A stretch of DNA of 64,000 nt, taken from a virus (lineage: Duplodnaviria; Caudoviricetes). Under the pieces are notes generated by a model, which searched no databases, was not told the origin of the DNA, and saw only the letters and a list, made by a program, of their open reading frames with translations. Where the stretch lies: the IMG/VR virus record IMGVR_UViG_3300046167_000801, one strand, 5' to 3'. This document shows, one piece after another, positions 30,410 through 39,865 of the stretch. How positions within the stretch are numbered: the stretch's first letter is position 1; each line of letters begins with the position of its first letter. Made by a program: the position numbers and the translations under genes.

Positions 30410-31525
30410 ATGATATACGAAAATATGTCCGTTAGTGGTTCACTTAAAGTGGACAGAGTTACTGCAAGACCACCGAAAGGTGTTAAGTCACAGAGACCAT
30501 CGAACCCATTATCTGGTTCTTTATTCTTGGAAGAATCATCAGAACACACAAGTTATTTAATGGTTTATACGGGTGTGTCTAATGTGGATGAGGGTTGGGA
30601 AAGAATTTCAGCACAACAAAACGAAGGAACTAATTTTAAGTACAGACAAATAATTAATTATTCTTACATCGCCGGTGGATATAAATCCTCATCACCTTGG
30701 AAGAACGTACATAAGGCAACCAACGCAACTGATCAAACAACCCACATTGGTGAGTTATTGGACTATCCCGCAAACTACACATCAGGAGCGTGTAATCTTA
30801 GAATATTTTTTATGTGGTCTGTAAATACGGATAGTGCACATAAAGGACCAACGTCTCTACATAGTAACACAACTTCTGCGGTCAACATGTTTACCGACAC
30901 TAACTACGCCCACCAATCTAACCATGACTTACAATATAGTAGGTCCGATTGTGGAACCATGTGGAAAGAACATGAGTTTGCTTGGATTTTTGCGGGTAAC
31001 AGAACAGAGGTAGATAAATTTAATTTAACTAATGAAACGACAATAACAAACTATGGGGTAACCTCGATAAGTAGTAGTGGTGGAGCGAGTTCTTTTTGTA
31101 ATGAAACCCATGGATATGGATGGAGTACAAGTAGTATAAAAATGGAATTCTCTACGGAGACTATATCAAGTTCATCAAGTTCATGGTCAGCACACGGACA
31201 ACAAAAAGGTATTCCATCTAAAGTTGGTAAGGGTTATGCCGGTAATGAGGGATCTTACCAAGGTGGTTACAATTTGAGAAGATGGGATACATCTACAGAT
31301 ACGAATATTGGTAATGTTGCAAAATTAAGATCGAATTGTGGGGAAGAGAATTTCGCTATGGGCCAAGATTGGCAATACATGTTAGGTTGTTACGGTAGTT
31401 CTTTACAGAATAACGATAGTTGGAAAATGTACTATCAAACAGATACGGGAGTTTTAAATCCCGCGGGTCTTCCACCGGCAGTAAACGCTGGTACTTCATC
31501 AGGTCATTGTGGTTGGAGAGAATAG
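30410..31525 (+). CDS. Putative virion beta-propeller (Kelch-like) protein, paralog 3
   Basis: Colinear with paralogs 1 and 2; ends SSGHCGWRE. Confidence 0.65.
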   Translation: MIYENMSVSGSLKVDRVTARPPKGVKSQRPSNPLSGSLFLEESSEHTSYLMVYTGVSNVDEGWERISAQQNEGTNFKYRQIINYSYIAGGYKSSSPWKNVHKATNATDQTTHIGELLDYPANYTSGACNLRIFFMWSVNTDSAHKGPTSLHSNTTSAVNMFTDTNYAHQSNHDLQYSRSDCGTMWKEHEFAWIFAGNRTEVDKFNLTNETTITNYGVTSISSSGGASSFCNETHGYGWSTSSIKMEFSTETISSSSSSWSAHGQQKGIPSKVGKGYAGNEGSYQGGYNLRRWDTSTDTNIGNVAKLRSNCGEENFAMGQDWQYMLGCYGSSLQNNDSWKMYYQTDTGVLNPAGLPPAVNAGTSSGHCGWRE

Positions 31526-31535
31526 TAATAAACAC

Positions 31536-31564
31536 TTTATTTAATTGTTTTTTATACTTATATT
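31536..31564 (+). promoter_or_regulatory. Putative promoter TTT-N20-TATATT
   Basis: Upstream of the 31584-35782 operon. Confidence 0.5.
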
Positions 31565-31583
31565 ATAGTAAAATTTTTATTAT

Positions 31584-32348
31584 ATGAAAGAAGAGTATAA
31601 ATATGAAAAAACCAACAACCTAAAAGATGGTTTAGATACTAAGTTAATTGAAGTTGCGGAACAAGTTTCATTCGCACTACCAAGGTACAAGGCAGAAAAT
31701 TTTGTTGGGGGTGCACAAATAACACCTTATGCGAAACTAAAACAATGGTTACTTGAACTTAGAGGTAGAGAAGACGCCGTAGAACATTTAGAATATACCG
31801 TTAAAAAACAGGATTTGGAAATACAAATCCAAGAGGAGAGTAAAGAATTTTTAACAGACCCTAAAAGAAAACAGTTGGTAGATCTCACAATTTCAGATAT
31901 GAAAATAGATCTTAGAAAATTTAAAAGAAATCTTAAAGATGCTTACATAGAGAGACAAGGTTTTATTGATTTAATAAAAGATTTCTTAGATACTGACGAT
32001 GCTAAACTACCTGATGGTAGTGATTTAATTGATGTAATCGGTAATAAAGAATTAGAAGATAAATTTGAACATGAGTATTGGACTGTTAGGATGGCAAAAC
32101 AAGCAATGTTAGATATGATTTCATATGGTAGGATCGGTACAGGTAACTTGGATTCTATTTTAATGATGTCCGCAGAACAACAAAAACAAGTTTTATCTCT
32201 CGCTTCTTCTTACACAGTATTTATAGATAAGAACATTAATCAATTAATGGCAAACGCAACTACAAATAGTTTCTCAATAGAAGAGTCATTGAGAAAACAA
32301 TTAAAGTTGGGGGAGGCAGATAAACCTGATACTGAAAAACTTTTATAA
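31584..32348 (+). CDS. Helical/coiled-coil protein, possibly a virion-assembly factor
   Basis: ENFVGGAQITPYAKLKQWLLEL followed by a heptad-rich segment; function inferred from position only. Confidence 0.5.
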   Translation: MKEEYKYEKTNNLKDGLDTKLIEVAEQVSFALPRYKAENFVGGAQITPYAKLKQWLLELRGREDAVEHLEYTVKKQDLEIQIQEESKEFLTDPKRKQLVDLTISDMKIDLRKFKRNLKDAYIERQGFIDLIKDFLDTDDAKLPDGSDLIDVIGNKELEDKFEHEYWTVRMAKQAMLDMISYGRIGTGNLDSILMMSAEQQKQVLSLASSYTVFIDKNINQLMANATTNSFSIEESLRKQLKLGEADKPDTEKLL

Positions 32349-33088
32349 TGAGACATATTATTTTTAAAATAACCGGAAACATACCTGGATACATACGAGT
32401 TGTTGGGTCCTACATGAATTACTATTATGGGCGTATTGATGACATCTATGACGATATGAGGTTGGAGTTAGATAAACTAAATGCATCGGTAATTACTGAA
32501 GAAGAAGGTAAGGGTTTCATTTTCGCTGACATATACAAAGATTATATTAGTATTAGAACTAATTCATCGCTGATGGATGAGGTTCCGGTCTTAGCCGAAT
32601 CTTCAGAAACTGATGAAGAAAAAGTTAAGTATACACTTACTCAGGAAGATAGGGATTTAGGTGTTGTTTTTAATAAAGTGGTTTTATTAAAAGTTATTTC
32701 AGATAGATTTTATACGAGACATAAAGATTTAATGGTTGATGCATCTAACTTAGAAAAGGATACTTGGGAAGAACAAAAAAGAGAGGCGTTTGCATATCAA
32801 TTAGATAATTCGTATTCAACACCCGTTATTGACATACTTTCATCTGGTAGAGGTATTGATAAACAAGTTTTGGTTGATAAAATAATATCTAACGTAACAT
32901 CTTATAATACAAAATTAGCAACTTTATTACTTGAACAACAATTATTAGAACAAAGAGTAAAAGATTGTGTCACTTTGGCGGATTGTCACAGACTCAAACA
33001 CGAGAAGTTTGGTATCTCCTTAAGTAAACAACAAAGAGAAGAGGAAGGAATTGAGAGCACCCCATTGACACTGAAGATGGATTTCTAA
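32348..33088 (+). CDS. Putative tail fibre assembly chaperone-like protein
   Basis: EKDTWEEQKREA...TPVIDILSSGRGIDKQVLVDKI resembles phage fibre-assembly proteins. Confidence 0.55.
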   Translation: MRHIIFKITGNIPGYIRVVGSYMNYYYGRIDDIYDDMRLELDKLNASVITEEEGKGFIFADIYKDYISIRTNSSLMDEVPVLAESSETDEEKVKYTLTQEDRDLGVVFNKVVLLKVISDRFYTRHKDLMVDASNLEKDTWEEQKREAFAYQLDNSYSTPVIDILSSGRGIDKQVLVDKIISNVTSYNTKLATLLLEQQLLEQRVKDCVTLADCHRLKHEKFGISLSKQQREEEGIESTPLTLKMDF

Positions 33089-33098
33089 AAAAAACTAA

Positions 33099-34097
33099 AT
33101 GAATTTAGCAATAAATGGTACATGTGCTAAAGGTTGTTCTTTCTGTTTCACAAAAGAAGATGCGAGACTAAAACATACTCTTGGTGAGATGTCAATAGAA
33201 AAAGTAGGTGAACTACTTGATCATTTTGATATTGAAGGATCTAGAGAGGAGGTTACAATACTTGGAGGGGAACCCACACAACATTCAAATTTTATGGGTC
33301 TGATGGATTATATAATCTCAAGAGGTTATAAGGTTAATCTTGTCAGTAATTTACTATTTGGTAAAAGAACCTTAGATTATATAACAAACAACATAAAACA
33401 TATTAGGTGGATATTACCTAATGGTGCTGAGTTGGATGAAAAAAATAGGTTAAATCTATTTAAGAAAAACTACTTATCACTTTACTCAACCTATGCAAAC
33501 ACATGGGGATTTGAGGACAATTCAAGATTATTTATTGCAATAACACTTTCGTCCGATTGGAAGGAAAGAAAAATGTTTGAATACATTAAGTGGTTATATC
33601 ATGCTTTGGATGGTAAATTAAATGCAATAAGGTTAGGTTTAGATTTAACAGGTACTTACCTAATTAACAATAAAGAAATGGGTAAAGAAGTTACTAAGAT
33701 ATTAAAGTTTGGACTTTACAATAATATTCAAGTGACCTCTGATTGTCAAGTACCACCGTGTTTGTGGGAGGGGGGAAACAAACAATCAATTATGGAGAAC
33801 TCTTTAGGGTTCGCGACTTTCAAAATACCAGGTTACGATAAAATTTGTGGTTTCATGCCTTTAGATATATTCCCTGATGGATCCTCAATACACTGTTACC
33901 CATTACAAGATAAAGTTAAGATAGATAATGTATTGAAAATATCGGGAGAAAACAATATATTATCATTGAGGGATAAGTTCGATGATTTATATCGAGAAAA
34001 CCATAAAGATTATAGTATACCACAAGATTGTTTAGATTGTGTTTTTTATAAAACAGAATGTAATGGTATTTGTGGAGGTTGTTTAGAAAATGAGTAA
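33099..34097 (+). CDS. Radical SAM protein with C-terminal SPASM-like Cys cluster
   Basis: CAKGCSFC and GGEPT; C-terminal CG...IHC...CLDC...CNGICGGC. Confidence 0.9.
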   Translation: MNLAINGTCAKGCSFCFTKEDARLKHTLGEMSIEKVGELLDHFDIEGSREEVTILGGEPTQHSNFMGLMDYIISRGYKVNLVSNLLFGKRTLDYITNNIKHIRWILPNGAELDEKNRLNLFKKNYLSLYSTYANTWGFEDNSRLFIAITLSSDWKERKMFEYIKWLYHALDGKLNAIRLGLDLTGTYLINNKEMGKEVTKILKFGLYNNIQVTSDCQVPPCLWEGGNKQSIMENSLGFATFKIPGYDKICGFMPLDIFPDGSSIHCYPLQDKVKIDNVLKISGENNILSLRDKFDDLYRENHKDYSIPQDCLDCVFYKTECNGICGGCLENE

Positions 34098-35130
34098 AAT
34101 ATTCTCAATACCATTAAATCCTATGTTAAGTGAACAGGCGTTCACACATGTATTCTATCCATTTCTACAAAAGAATAAGGATTGGATATATGATATATAC
34201 TTTACCTGTAGAATACCCCCTTTTACTCAGGATGCTATGGGGTCTGTTATAAATGAAGACGATAGATATTCAGTTTTTGATAATGCGTTGATGATACAGG
34301 AGACTTTAGGTATAAAAATTAGTGCTACATTCAATAATTTTAACGTGTCTCCCAAATATGAAAATTATAAATTATTTATTGAAAACTTAAAACCACTTTA
34401 TGATAAAGGTTTAAGGTCCATGACGATACCTCACGGTCATTGGGTGGCTATGGGTTTAAAGGACCATTTTCCTGAGATGCATATTAAAAATACCATACTC
34501 AGGAAGGTTAATACCGCACAAGATTTTTGGTACTCCGCCGAACAAGGGTTTGACTACATTAATGTTGATAGAATATTGATGAGGGATATGGAGGAACTAA
34601 AGAACATTAGAAGAGCACAACTCATGTTTCAACAAAAACATGGTAGATACGTTGAGATTGCGTTATTAACAAATGAAGGTTGTTTAGGTAGATGTCCCGT
34701 TATGGATGAACACTACTCATATAATAACTTAAGAAAACCTAACGAATTACCGTATTTTCACCATGAGATATCAAAAGTCACATGTGAACATAAATGGGAA
34801 AACGAAATCGGTGCGTTCTTCTTTAAAACTGCAACCATACCACCATTTAAAAAAGAATTTGATGAATACCTAAATCATATCGATATCTATAAAATGCATG
34901 GTAGGGATAGTTTTGATAGATTAAATGAAACTATGGAAATAGTGGAATCTTATTCACAAGGTAAGGACATCTTATCAAAATCCTCAGAAATATATTTAGA
35001 TGGTGTCCCTCATGAAGAGTTAAGGGGTTGGAGAAATAAGATCAAGAAATGTAAATTTCAATGTTGGGATTGTAATTATTGTGATATTGTCTCTGAACAC
35101 AAAAAAAAGAAATTAAATGGATCTAATTAA
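34090..35130 (+). CDS. U32-family (UbiU/TrhP/RlhA-like) Fe-S protein
   Basis: TIM-barrel-type pattern GFDYINVDR..MRD, EIALLTNEGCLGRCP, YKMHGRD and C-terminal CKFQCWDCNYC. Confidence 0.7.
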   Translation: MSKIFSIPLNPMLSEQAFTHVFYPFLQKNKDWIYDIYFTCRIPPFTQDAMGSVINEDDRYSVFDNALMIQETLGIKISATFNNFNVSPKYENYKLFIENLKPLYDKGLRSMTIPHGHWVAMGLKDHFPEMHIKNTILRKVNTAQDFWYSAEQGFDYINVDRILMRDMEELKNIRRAQLMFQQKHGRYVEIALLTNEGCLGRCPVMDEHYSYNNLRKPNELPYFHHEISKVTCEHKWENEIGAFFFKTATIPPFKKEFDEYLNHIDIYKMHGRDSFDRLNETMEIVESYSQGKDILSKSSEIYLDGVPHEELRGWRNKIKKCKFQCWDCNYCDIVSEHKKKKLNGSN

Positions 35131-35782
35131 ACACATTGATGAATCCATTGAGTGGGGGAATAGAGAGGTTTCTAAACTTAACCAAGACGTACTCAACATT
35201 CACGGTATCACTAGTAACAAAGTTAGATGTTTCTTAAATAACCTATGTTCAATAGGTGGGACTTATTTGGAGATAGGTGTCTTCAGAGGAGCAACTTTTT
35301 GTTCATCAATCTACAATAATGATAATCTTCACAGTATAGGTATTGATAATTTTGCATCACCCAACCTTATGCCGATGGGTGTGAGTCAGAAATTAGCAAC
35401 ATATTTAAAACAAGGTATTGACACCCCACCACAAGAAGATTTTTTAAATAATGTTAAGAGGTTTGGAAAAACTGAACAGATTGACGTTTATAAAACAGAC
35501 TATACCACATTTGATTACACCCAACTACCTAAGTTAGATATTATATTTTATGACGGGGATACTAAATTCCATGATCAGTATGTTACACTTAAAAAATTAA
35601 TCCCCCAATTCTCAGACAAAACAATACTCATAATGGATGATTGGAATTGGAACAGTGGTGCGTTAGATCGAGTGATACACGAGGAAAAACTATTTGTGAC
35701 CCATCAAAGAGAAATTTATACAAGTGGTGAGGATATGTCAGATTTTTGGAATGGATTGGGTATTTTTTTATTTGAAAGGTAG
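35117..35782 (+). CDS. Class I SAM-dependent methyltransferase (Methyltransf_24-like)
   Basis: YLEIGVFRGATF, GIDNF, DIIFYDGD and ILIMDDWNW. Confidence 0.85.
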   Translation: MDLIKHIDESIEWGNREVSKLNQDVLNIHGITSNKVRCFLNNLCSIGGTYLEIGVFRGATFCSSIYNNDNLHSIGIDNFASPNLMPMGVSQKLATYLKQGIDTPPQEDFLNNVKRFGKTEQIDVYKTDYTTFDYTQLPKLDIIFYDGDTKFHDQYVTLKKLIPQFSDKTILIMDDWNWNSGALDRVIHEEKLFVTHQREIYTSGEDMSDFWNGLGIFLFER

Positions 35783-35812
35783 TTGACTATTGTCTAAATT
35801 TTATTTATATTT
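35783..35812 (+). promoter_or_regulatory. Putative promoter TTG-N21-TATATT
   Basis: Upstream of 35834. Confidence 0.45.
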
Positions 35813-35833
35813 TATCTAAATAAAAACATATAC

Positions 35834-36691
35834 ATGCAAAAATTAATATTATCAATATTGTTAGTGTTAGGAACACATCAATTATCGGCACAATACTCGG
35901 GACGAGCACTTAGTAATGGTCAACAAGACAGTACACAAGTTAAAAAATTAAACGAGGTTGTAGTTACAGCCAAAAAGTATAGTCAATTCGAATTAGTGGG
36001 TGAGAATAACCAACCCGCTTGGACATTAGTAAGAAAATTTCCATCAACCAGAACTTATATTATGGTCCCTAAGGGTACTGTGATGTATGAAAAATGGTTC
36101 GATATGAGAACACCAAGAGGTGGTGACCCAACAGAAGTTAGAATGAGAGATGAGATTGCATTTGGTCTAGCTAATAGATTAGAGTTGGATCTATATATTC
36201 ACACAGTTTATAAATCTGATGGGTATGAATCTTCATACGGTTTCAGAGGGTTTTCGTGGGAGATAAGATACGCACTTGCCGAATGGGGTAAGATATGGGG
36301 TAATCCAACTTTGTACTTTGAACACAAATTATTGGATGGTAAATACCAAGGTATAGAACCAAAACTACTTTTAGGTGATCGTATTGGTAAAAGAGGAATA
36401 TGGGGCGTAAACTTAATTTATGAGGCGTATACTGCACCAACACGAGAAGACCAAAAAAGAGAGTACGCTTATACCGCATCTTATGGTCAGGTAATAAATG
36501 ATGATTTAACGATAGGTCTGTCTAACATGTTTAGACATAACGATGTAGATGGTTCAAATGAATGGTATGTTGGACCCGCACTACAATATAGATTTAACGG
36601 TAATGCATATGTAAACTTTGAATTACTGCCAGGTCTTAATGAAGATGCGAAGAAGTTTAGAAATACCATTATTTTTGGATGGAGATTCTAA
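35834..36691 (+). CDS. Outer-membrane beta-barrel protein with signal peptide
   Basis: Signal peptide MQKLILSILLVLGTHQLSA-Q, KKLNEVVVTAK (TonB-box-like), alternating amphipathic strands and a terminal FGWRF. Confidence 0.75.
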   Translation: MQKLILSILLVLGTHQLSAQYSGRALSNGQQDSTQVKKLNEVVVTAKKYSQFELVGENNQPAWTLVRKFPSTRTYIMVPKGTVMYEKWFDMRTPRGGDPTEVRMRDEIAFGLANRLELDLYIHTVYKSDGYESSYGFRGFSWEIRYALAEWGKIWGNPTLYFEHKLLDGKYQGIEPKLLLGDRIGKRGIWGVNLIYEAYTAPTREDQKREYAYTASYGQVINDDLTIGLSNMFRHNDVDGSNEWYVGPALQYRFNGNAYVNFELLPGLNEDAKKFRNTIIFGWRF

Positions 36692-37692
36692 TTAAAAACC
36701 AAGACTTCCTACTTTACTTAGGATTCATTATGGTCATAACGGGAATCCTAAAAGAAAAGGGATACCTTACTGACGTATTTAGTCTTTTACTAAAGACAGT
36801 GAAATCAAAGAAAATAGTTTTATTTCTAATTTCACTATTTGGTGGGGTTTTACCGATACCTGGTAGGGTTGCGGTTTCTGCGGGAATACTCGATACAATT
36901 GCCCCAAAAGATAAGAGGGGTAGGGAGAATTATGGTATCATAGATTACCTATCAACACACCACTATTACATATGGTCACCTTTAGAGAAAACGGTAATCA
37001 TACCTATGGCGATATTAGGTGTAACTTATGGAGAACTAATCAATATATTGTATCCACTTTTAATTATATCTTTATTAGTTATATGTGGTTTTATATATAA
37101 ATTTGAAGACGGTAATATAGAAATACCAAAAATCCATAAGATCAATTATAAGAACGTTTATCTTATATTCTTACCGTTCATACTAACATTGGTATTATCG
37201 GGTCTTACGGATCGTTATTTACCTTTATTTTGTGGTTTTACTCTGTACTTAGTCAGTTACTCTAACTCGTGGGGTAAATTACTTAAACACGTCAATTGGA
37301 AATTGGTAATTAGTGTAGGGGTTGTGATTGTATTTTCTAATTTCATATCTCAATACAATGAACAAATAAAAACATATTTAGAGGGGGTTACCACAACTTA
37401 TAATATTTTTTTGGTTGGAGGTTTATGTTTCTTGAGTTCGTTCTTATTGGGGTCATCAGGTAAATACGCGGGAATAGTTTCAATAGTCAGCTCAATAGTG
37501 GGTATTGAATATTTTCTTTTCTTATTTACAATGTGTTACTCAGGTTATTTATTATCTCCAACACATAAGTGTGTTTACATAGGACAACAATATTTTGGTA
37601 CTCCCATAAAAAAATATATCTCATCCATTTCGGTATGGACAATAATTATGATAGTCTACAGTGTTTTAGACTTGACTTTTAAATTAAAATAA
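36679..37692 (+). CDS. Polytopic inner-membrane transporter (DUF401 / ion-transporter-superfamily-like)
   Basis: About 10 hydrophobic helices; GGVLPIPGRVAVSA and GYLLSPTHKC motifs. Confidence 0.65.
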   Translation: MEILIKNQDFLLYLGFIMVITGILKEKGYLTDVFSLLLKTVKSKKIVLFLISLFGGVLPIPGRVAVSAGILDTIAPKDKRGRENYGIIDYLSTHHYYIWSPLEKTVIIPMAILGVTYGELINILYPLLIISLLVICGFIYKFEDGNIEIPKIHKINYKNVYLIFLPFILTLVLSGLTDRYLPLFCGFTLYLVSYSNSWGKLLKHVNWKLVISVGVVIVFSNFISQYNEQIKTYLEGVTTTYNIFLVGGLCFLSSFLLGSSGKYAGIVSIVSSIVGIEYFLFLFTMCYSGYLLSPTHKCVYIGQQYFGTPIKKYISSISVWTIIMIVYSVLDLTFKLK

Positions 37693-37700
37693 ACTATATT
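37672..37700 (+). promoter_or_regulatory. Putative promoter TTG-N20-TATATT
   Basis: Upstream of 37718. Confidence 0.55.
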
Positions 37701-37717
37701 TCTAAAAAAATAACATT

Positions 37718-38161
37718 ATGTCAACAAAGTTAACAATCGATCAAATCTTACAATTAGATGCAGAAATAAACGGATATACCAATCCTCAAAATGGTGAAGT
37801 TATCTATGAAGGTTTTGCATCACAACCATTATCAATTCTTTTAAAATACGAACTCAGAGAATTGTCTGATAAATTAAAAGAAGAAAGAACTAAGGTTGAT
37901 GAATTAAGAAACGAACTAATTGAAAAATTTGGTGAAAAAACTGAAGAGGGTGGTATACAAATTACTCCTACAGTAGAACAAAAAAAGGGAAAGAAAACAG
38001 AAACGGTTAAAAATCCTAAGTATGTAGAATTCTTGAATGAATATAATAAGTTACTATCTAAGGAGATAGAGTTGGATCATCCTGTAATCACTAAAGAAGA
38101 TCTTAAAGATGCGGGTAAAACCAAAGACCAATATAACATCCTATTTAATTTGGTAGGATAA
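37718..38161 (+). CDS. Helical phage protein (DUF1617-like)
   Basis: KYELREL...DELRNELIEKFGEK...EFLNEYNKLLSKEIEL pattern. Confidence 0.45.
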   Translation: MSTKLTIDQILQLDAEINGYTNPQNGEVIYEGFASQPLSILLKYELRELSDKLKEERTKVDELRNELIEKFGEKTEEGGIQITPTVEQKKGKKTETVKNPKYVEFLNEYNKLLSKEIELDHPVITKEDLKDAGKTKDQYNILFNLVG

Positions 38162-38162
38162 A

Positions 38163-39263
38163 TTAAACTTTTCTTTTAATCACAATTTTCAAATTTCCGA
38201 TTTGATATTCCCCTACATCGTAGTGTGGAATTGATAATCGGATTTTGTTTATTACATGAAGATCTTCTTCGTTCATTGGTTCGGTCTCGATTATCGTAAC
38301 ATCCACCATATCAGTTAATAGAAATTTAGATCTTAAATCGTAGTTGGTATTAGGTTGTTCGTTTGCAATATATTCAGTGGGTGTGGTACCCCCTAAATAC
38401 AATTTATCAAAATAAGGTTCCAACTTATATAGGTGTCTATCACTCCTCAATTTAATACCCATATTAAAAGTGGGGTAATTAAAAATTTCGTCCTCCCAAT
38501 AATACAGTTCATTAAAAGTGGGTATGGTAATCCCCCATTTACGTATAAAGTTACGTATGTTTCTGTGTTCACTTAATTTACTTTCTTCGGACCTTAATAC
38601 TCTACTGGTTTTAGAAACAAAATGATATACTACGGCACATTCAGTTGTTTTAAGTAGGTAACCCTTTAATTTGGCTCTAATAATGAAATCATCATCTTCA
38701 CAGAAAAAAGGGTCAAAAGTAAAACCATCGAATAAACCAACATCAATAAATGTTTTCTTATAACCCGACATAAAAAATGTGGCCCCATTAACTAATTCCT
38801 TTCTTTCCTTAACTTTGTCAACGTATTGATCAAACAAGTGGTAATTAAAATCATTAAACCCTCTACCCAATTCTAATATAACTTTACCAGGTCTCTTATG
38901 TCCCTTAAAAATAGGGGGTTCAATAGTGGTATATGTGATGAGAGACTTTTCATCAATTAGTTCTGATAAATTCTCTAAAAAATTCTTACCGATCACCATA
39001 TCATTATGAATCAAAACCAATTTATCAGTATCAACTAACTTGATCGCCGAATTATAATTGTCTGAGAAAGTTAATTGATCGTCATCATGTATGTAGGAAA
39101 GGTTATCATCATCCAAAGACTGTAACCAATCTAATGTACCATCCGTAGACCCACCACTACTAATAACCATAGGGGCATCAGGGTATATATCCCTAATCCT
39201 TTTATGTGTATTCTTAGTATAATCTAAGTTATTAAAAACGGCAAGTACTAAAGAGATATCCAT
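38163..39263 (-). CDS. GT2 glycosyltransferase
   Basis: SLVLAVFNN, GGSTDGT, VLIHNDMV, FCEDDDF and VYHFVSKTSR. Confidence 0.9.
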   Translation of the reverse strand: MDISLVLAVFNNLDYTKNTHKRIRDIYPDAPMVISSGGSTDGTLDWLQSLDDDNLSYIHDDDQLTFSDNYNSAIKLVDTDKLVLIHNDMVIGKNFLENLSELIDEKSLITYTTIEPPIFKGHKRPGKVILELGRGFNDFNYHLFDQYVDKVKERKELVNGATFFMSGYKKTFIDVGLFDGFTFDPFFCEDDDFIIRAKLKGYLLKTTECAVVYHFVSKTSRVLRSEESKLSEHRNIRNFIRKWGITIPTFNELYYWEDEIFNYPTFNMGIKLRSDRHLYKLEPYFDKLYLGGTTPTEYIANEQPNTNYDLRSKFLLTDMVDVTIIETEPMNEEDLHVINKIRLSIPHYDVGEYQIGNLKIVIKRKV

Positions 39264-39865
39264 TACTTATTGGTGTTATCGAATATTGAAATGAATAGTC
39301 GTTCGAAGATCCACGGACCTAATACTTTATTGACACATAATTCATTAGCCCTTTTATAAAACTCCACACTTCTCATTCTGATAGTGTCTCTACTAACCGC
39401 AAATATTGCACCGGCGGTAAATGGATATAGTTCAAGAGGTGGATTTTCAAATAGTTCTACCCAAACACCATTTATGTCCATACCTCCGTGATGGGGAGTC
39501 CCGTTTGGTCTCGAATGTAAAACTCTTTTAAAGGGTCCATCACTAAAAAATAGTAACTCATTAGGTTTTTCAAAAACCACTGATTTGGTAATATTTGGAA
39601 ACTCTTTTAAAACCTCTTTGTAATTTCTAACGTGATCAAATGGGTGTCCTTGAGTAAAGAATACCCACTCACCTAAATTATCATAATTTTTTATTATGTG
39701 GGTTAGATAGGTGTTACCTTCTCGACCAACGTTAGGTAAATTAATTGAACCTTCGATAGGTTCCCCTTTATTATATAAGAAAATTCTATAATCAGAAAAC
39801 TCTGATAACCAAGATATGTCTTCTCTATATCTACTTACTATTAAATCACCTTTGTAGTTCATCAT
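39263..39865 (-). CDS. DUF3431 family protein (putative glycosyltransferase-like)
   Basis: IVSRYREDISWL, LPNVGREGNTYLTHII, FTQGHPFDH, GAIFAVSRDTI and FERL. Confidence 0.85.
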   Translation of the reverse strand: MMNYKGDLIVSRYREDISWLSEFSDYRIFLYNKGEPIEGSINLPNVGREGNTYLTHIIKNYDNLGEWVFFTQGHPFDHVRNYKEVLKEFPNITKSVVFEKPNELLFFSDGPFKRVLHSRPNGTPHHGGMDINGVWVELFENPPLELYPFTAGAIFAVSRDTIRMRSVEFYKRANELCVNKVLGPWIFERLFISIFDNTNK

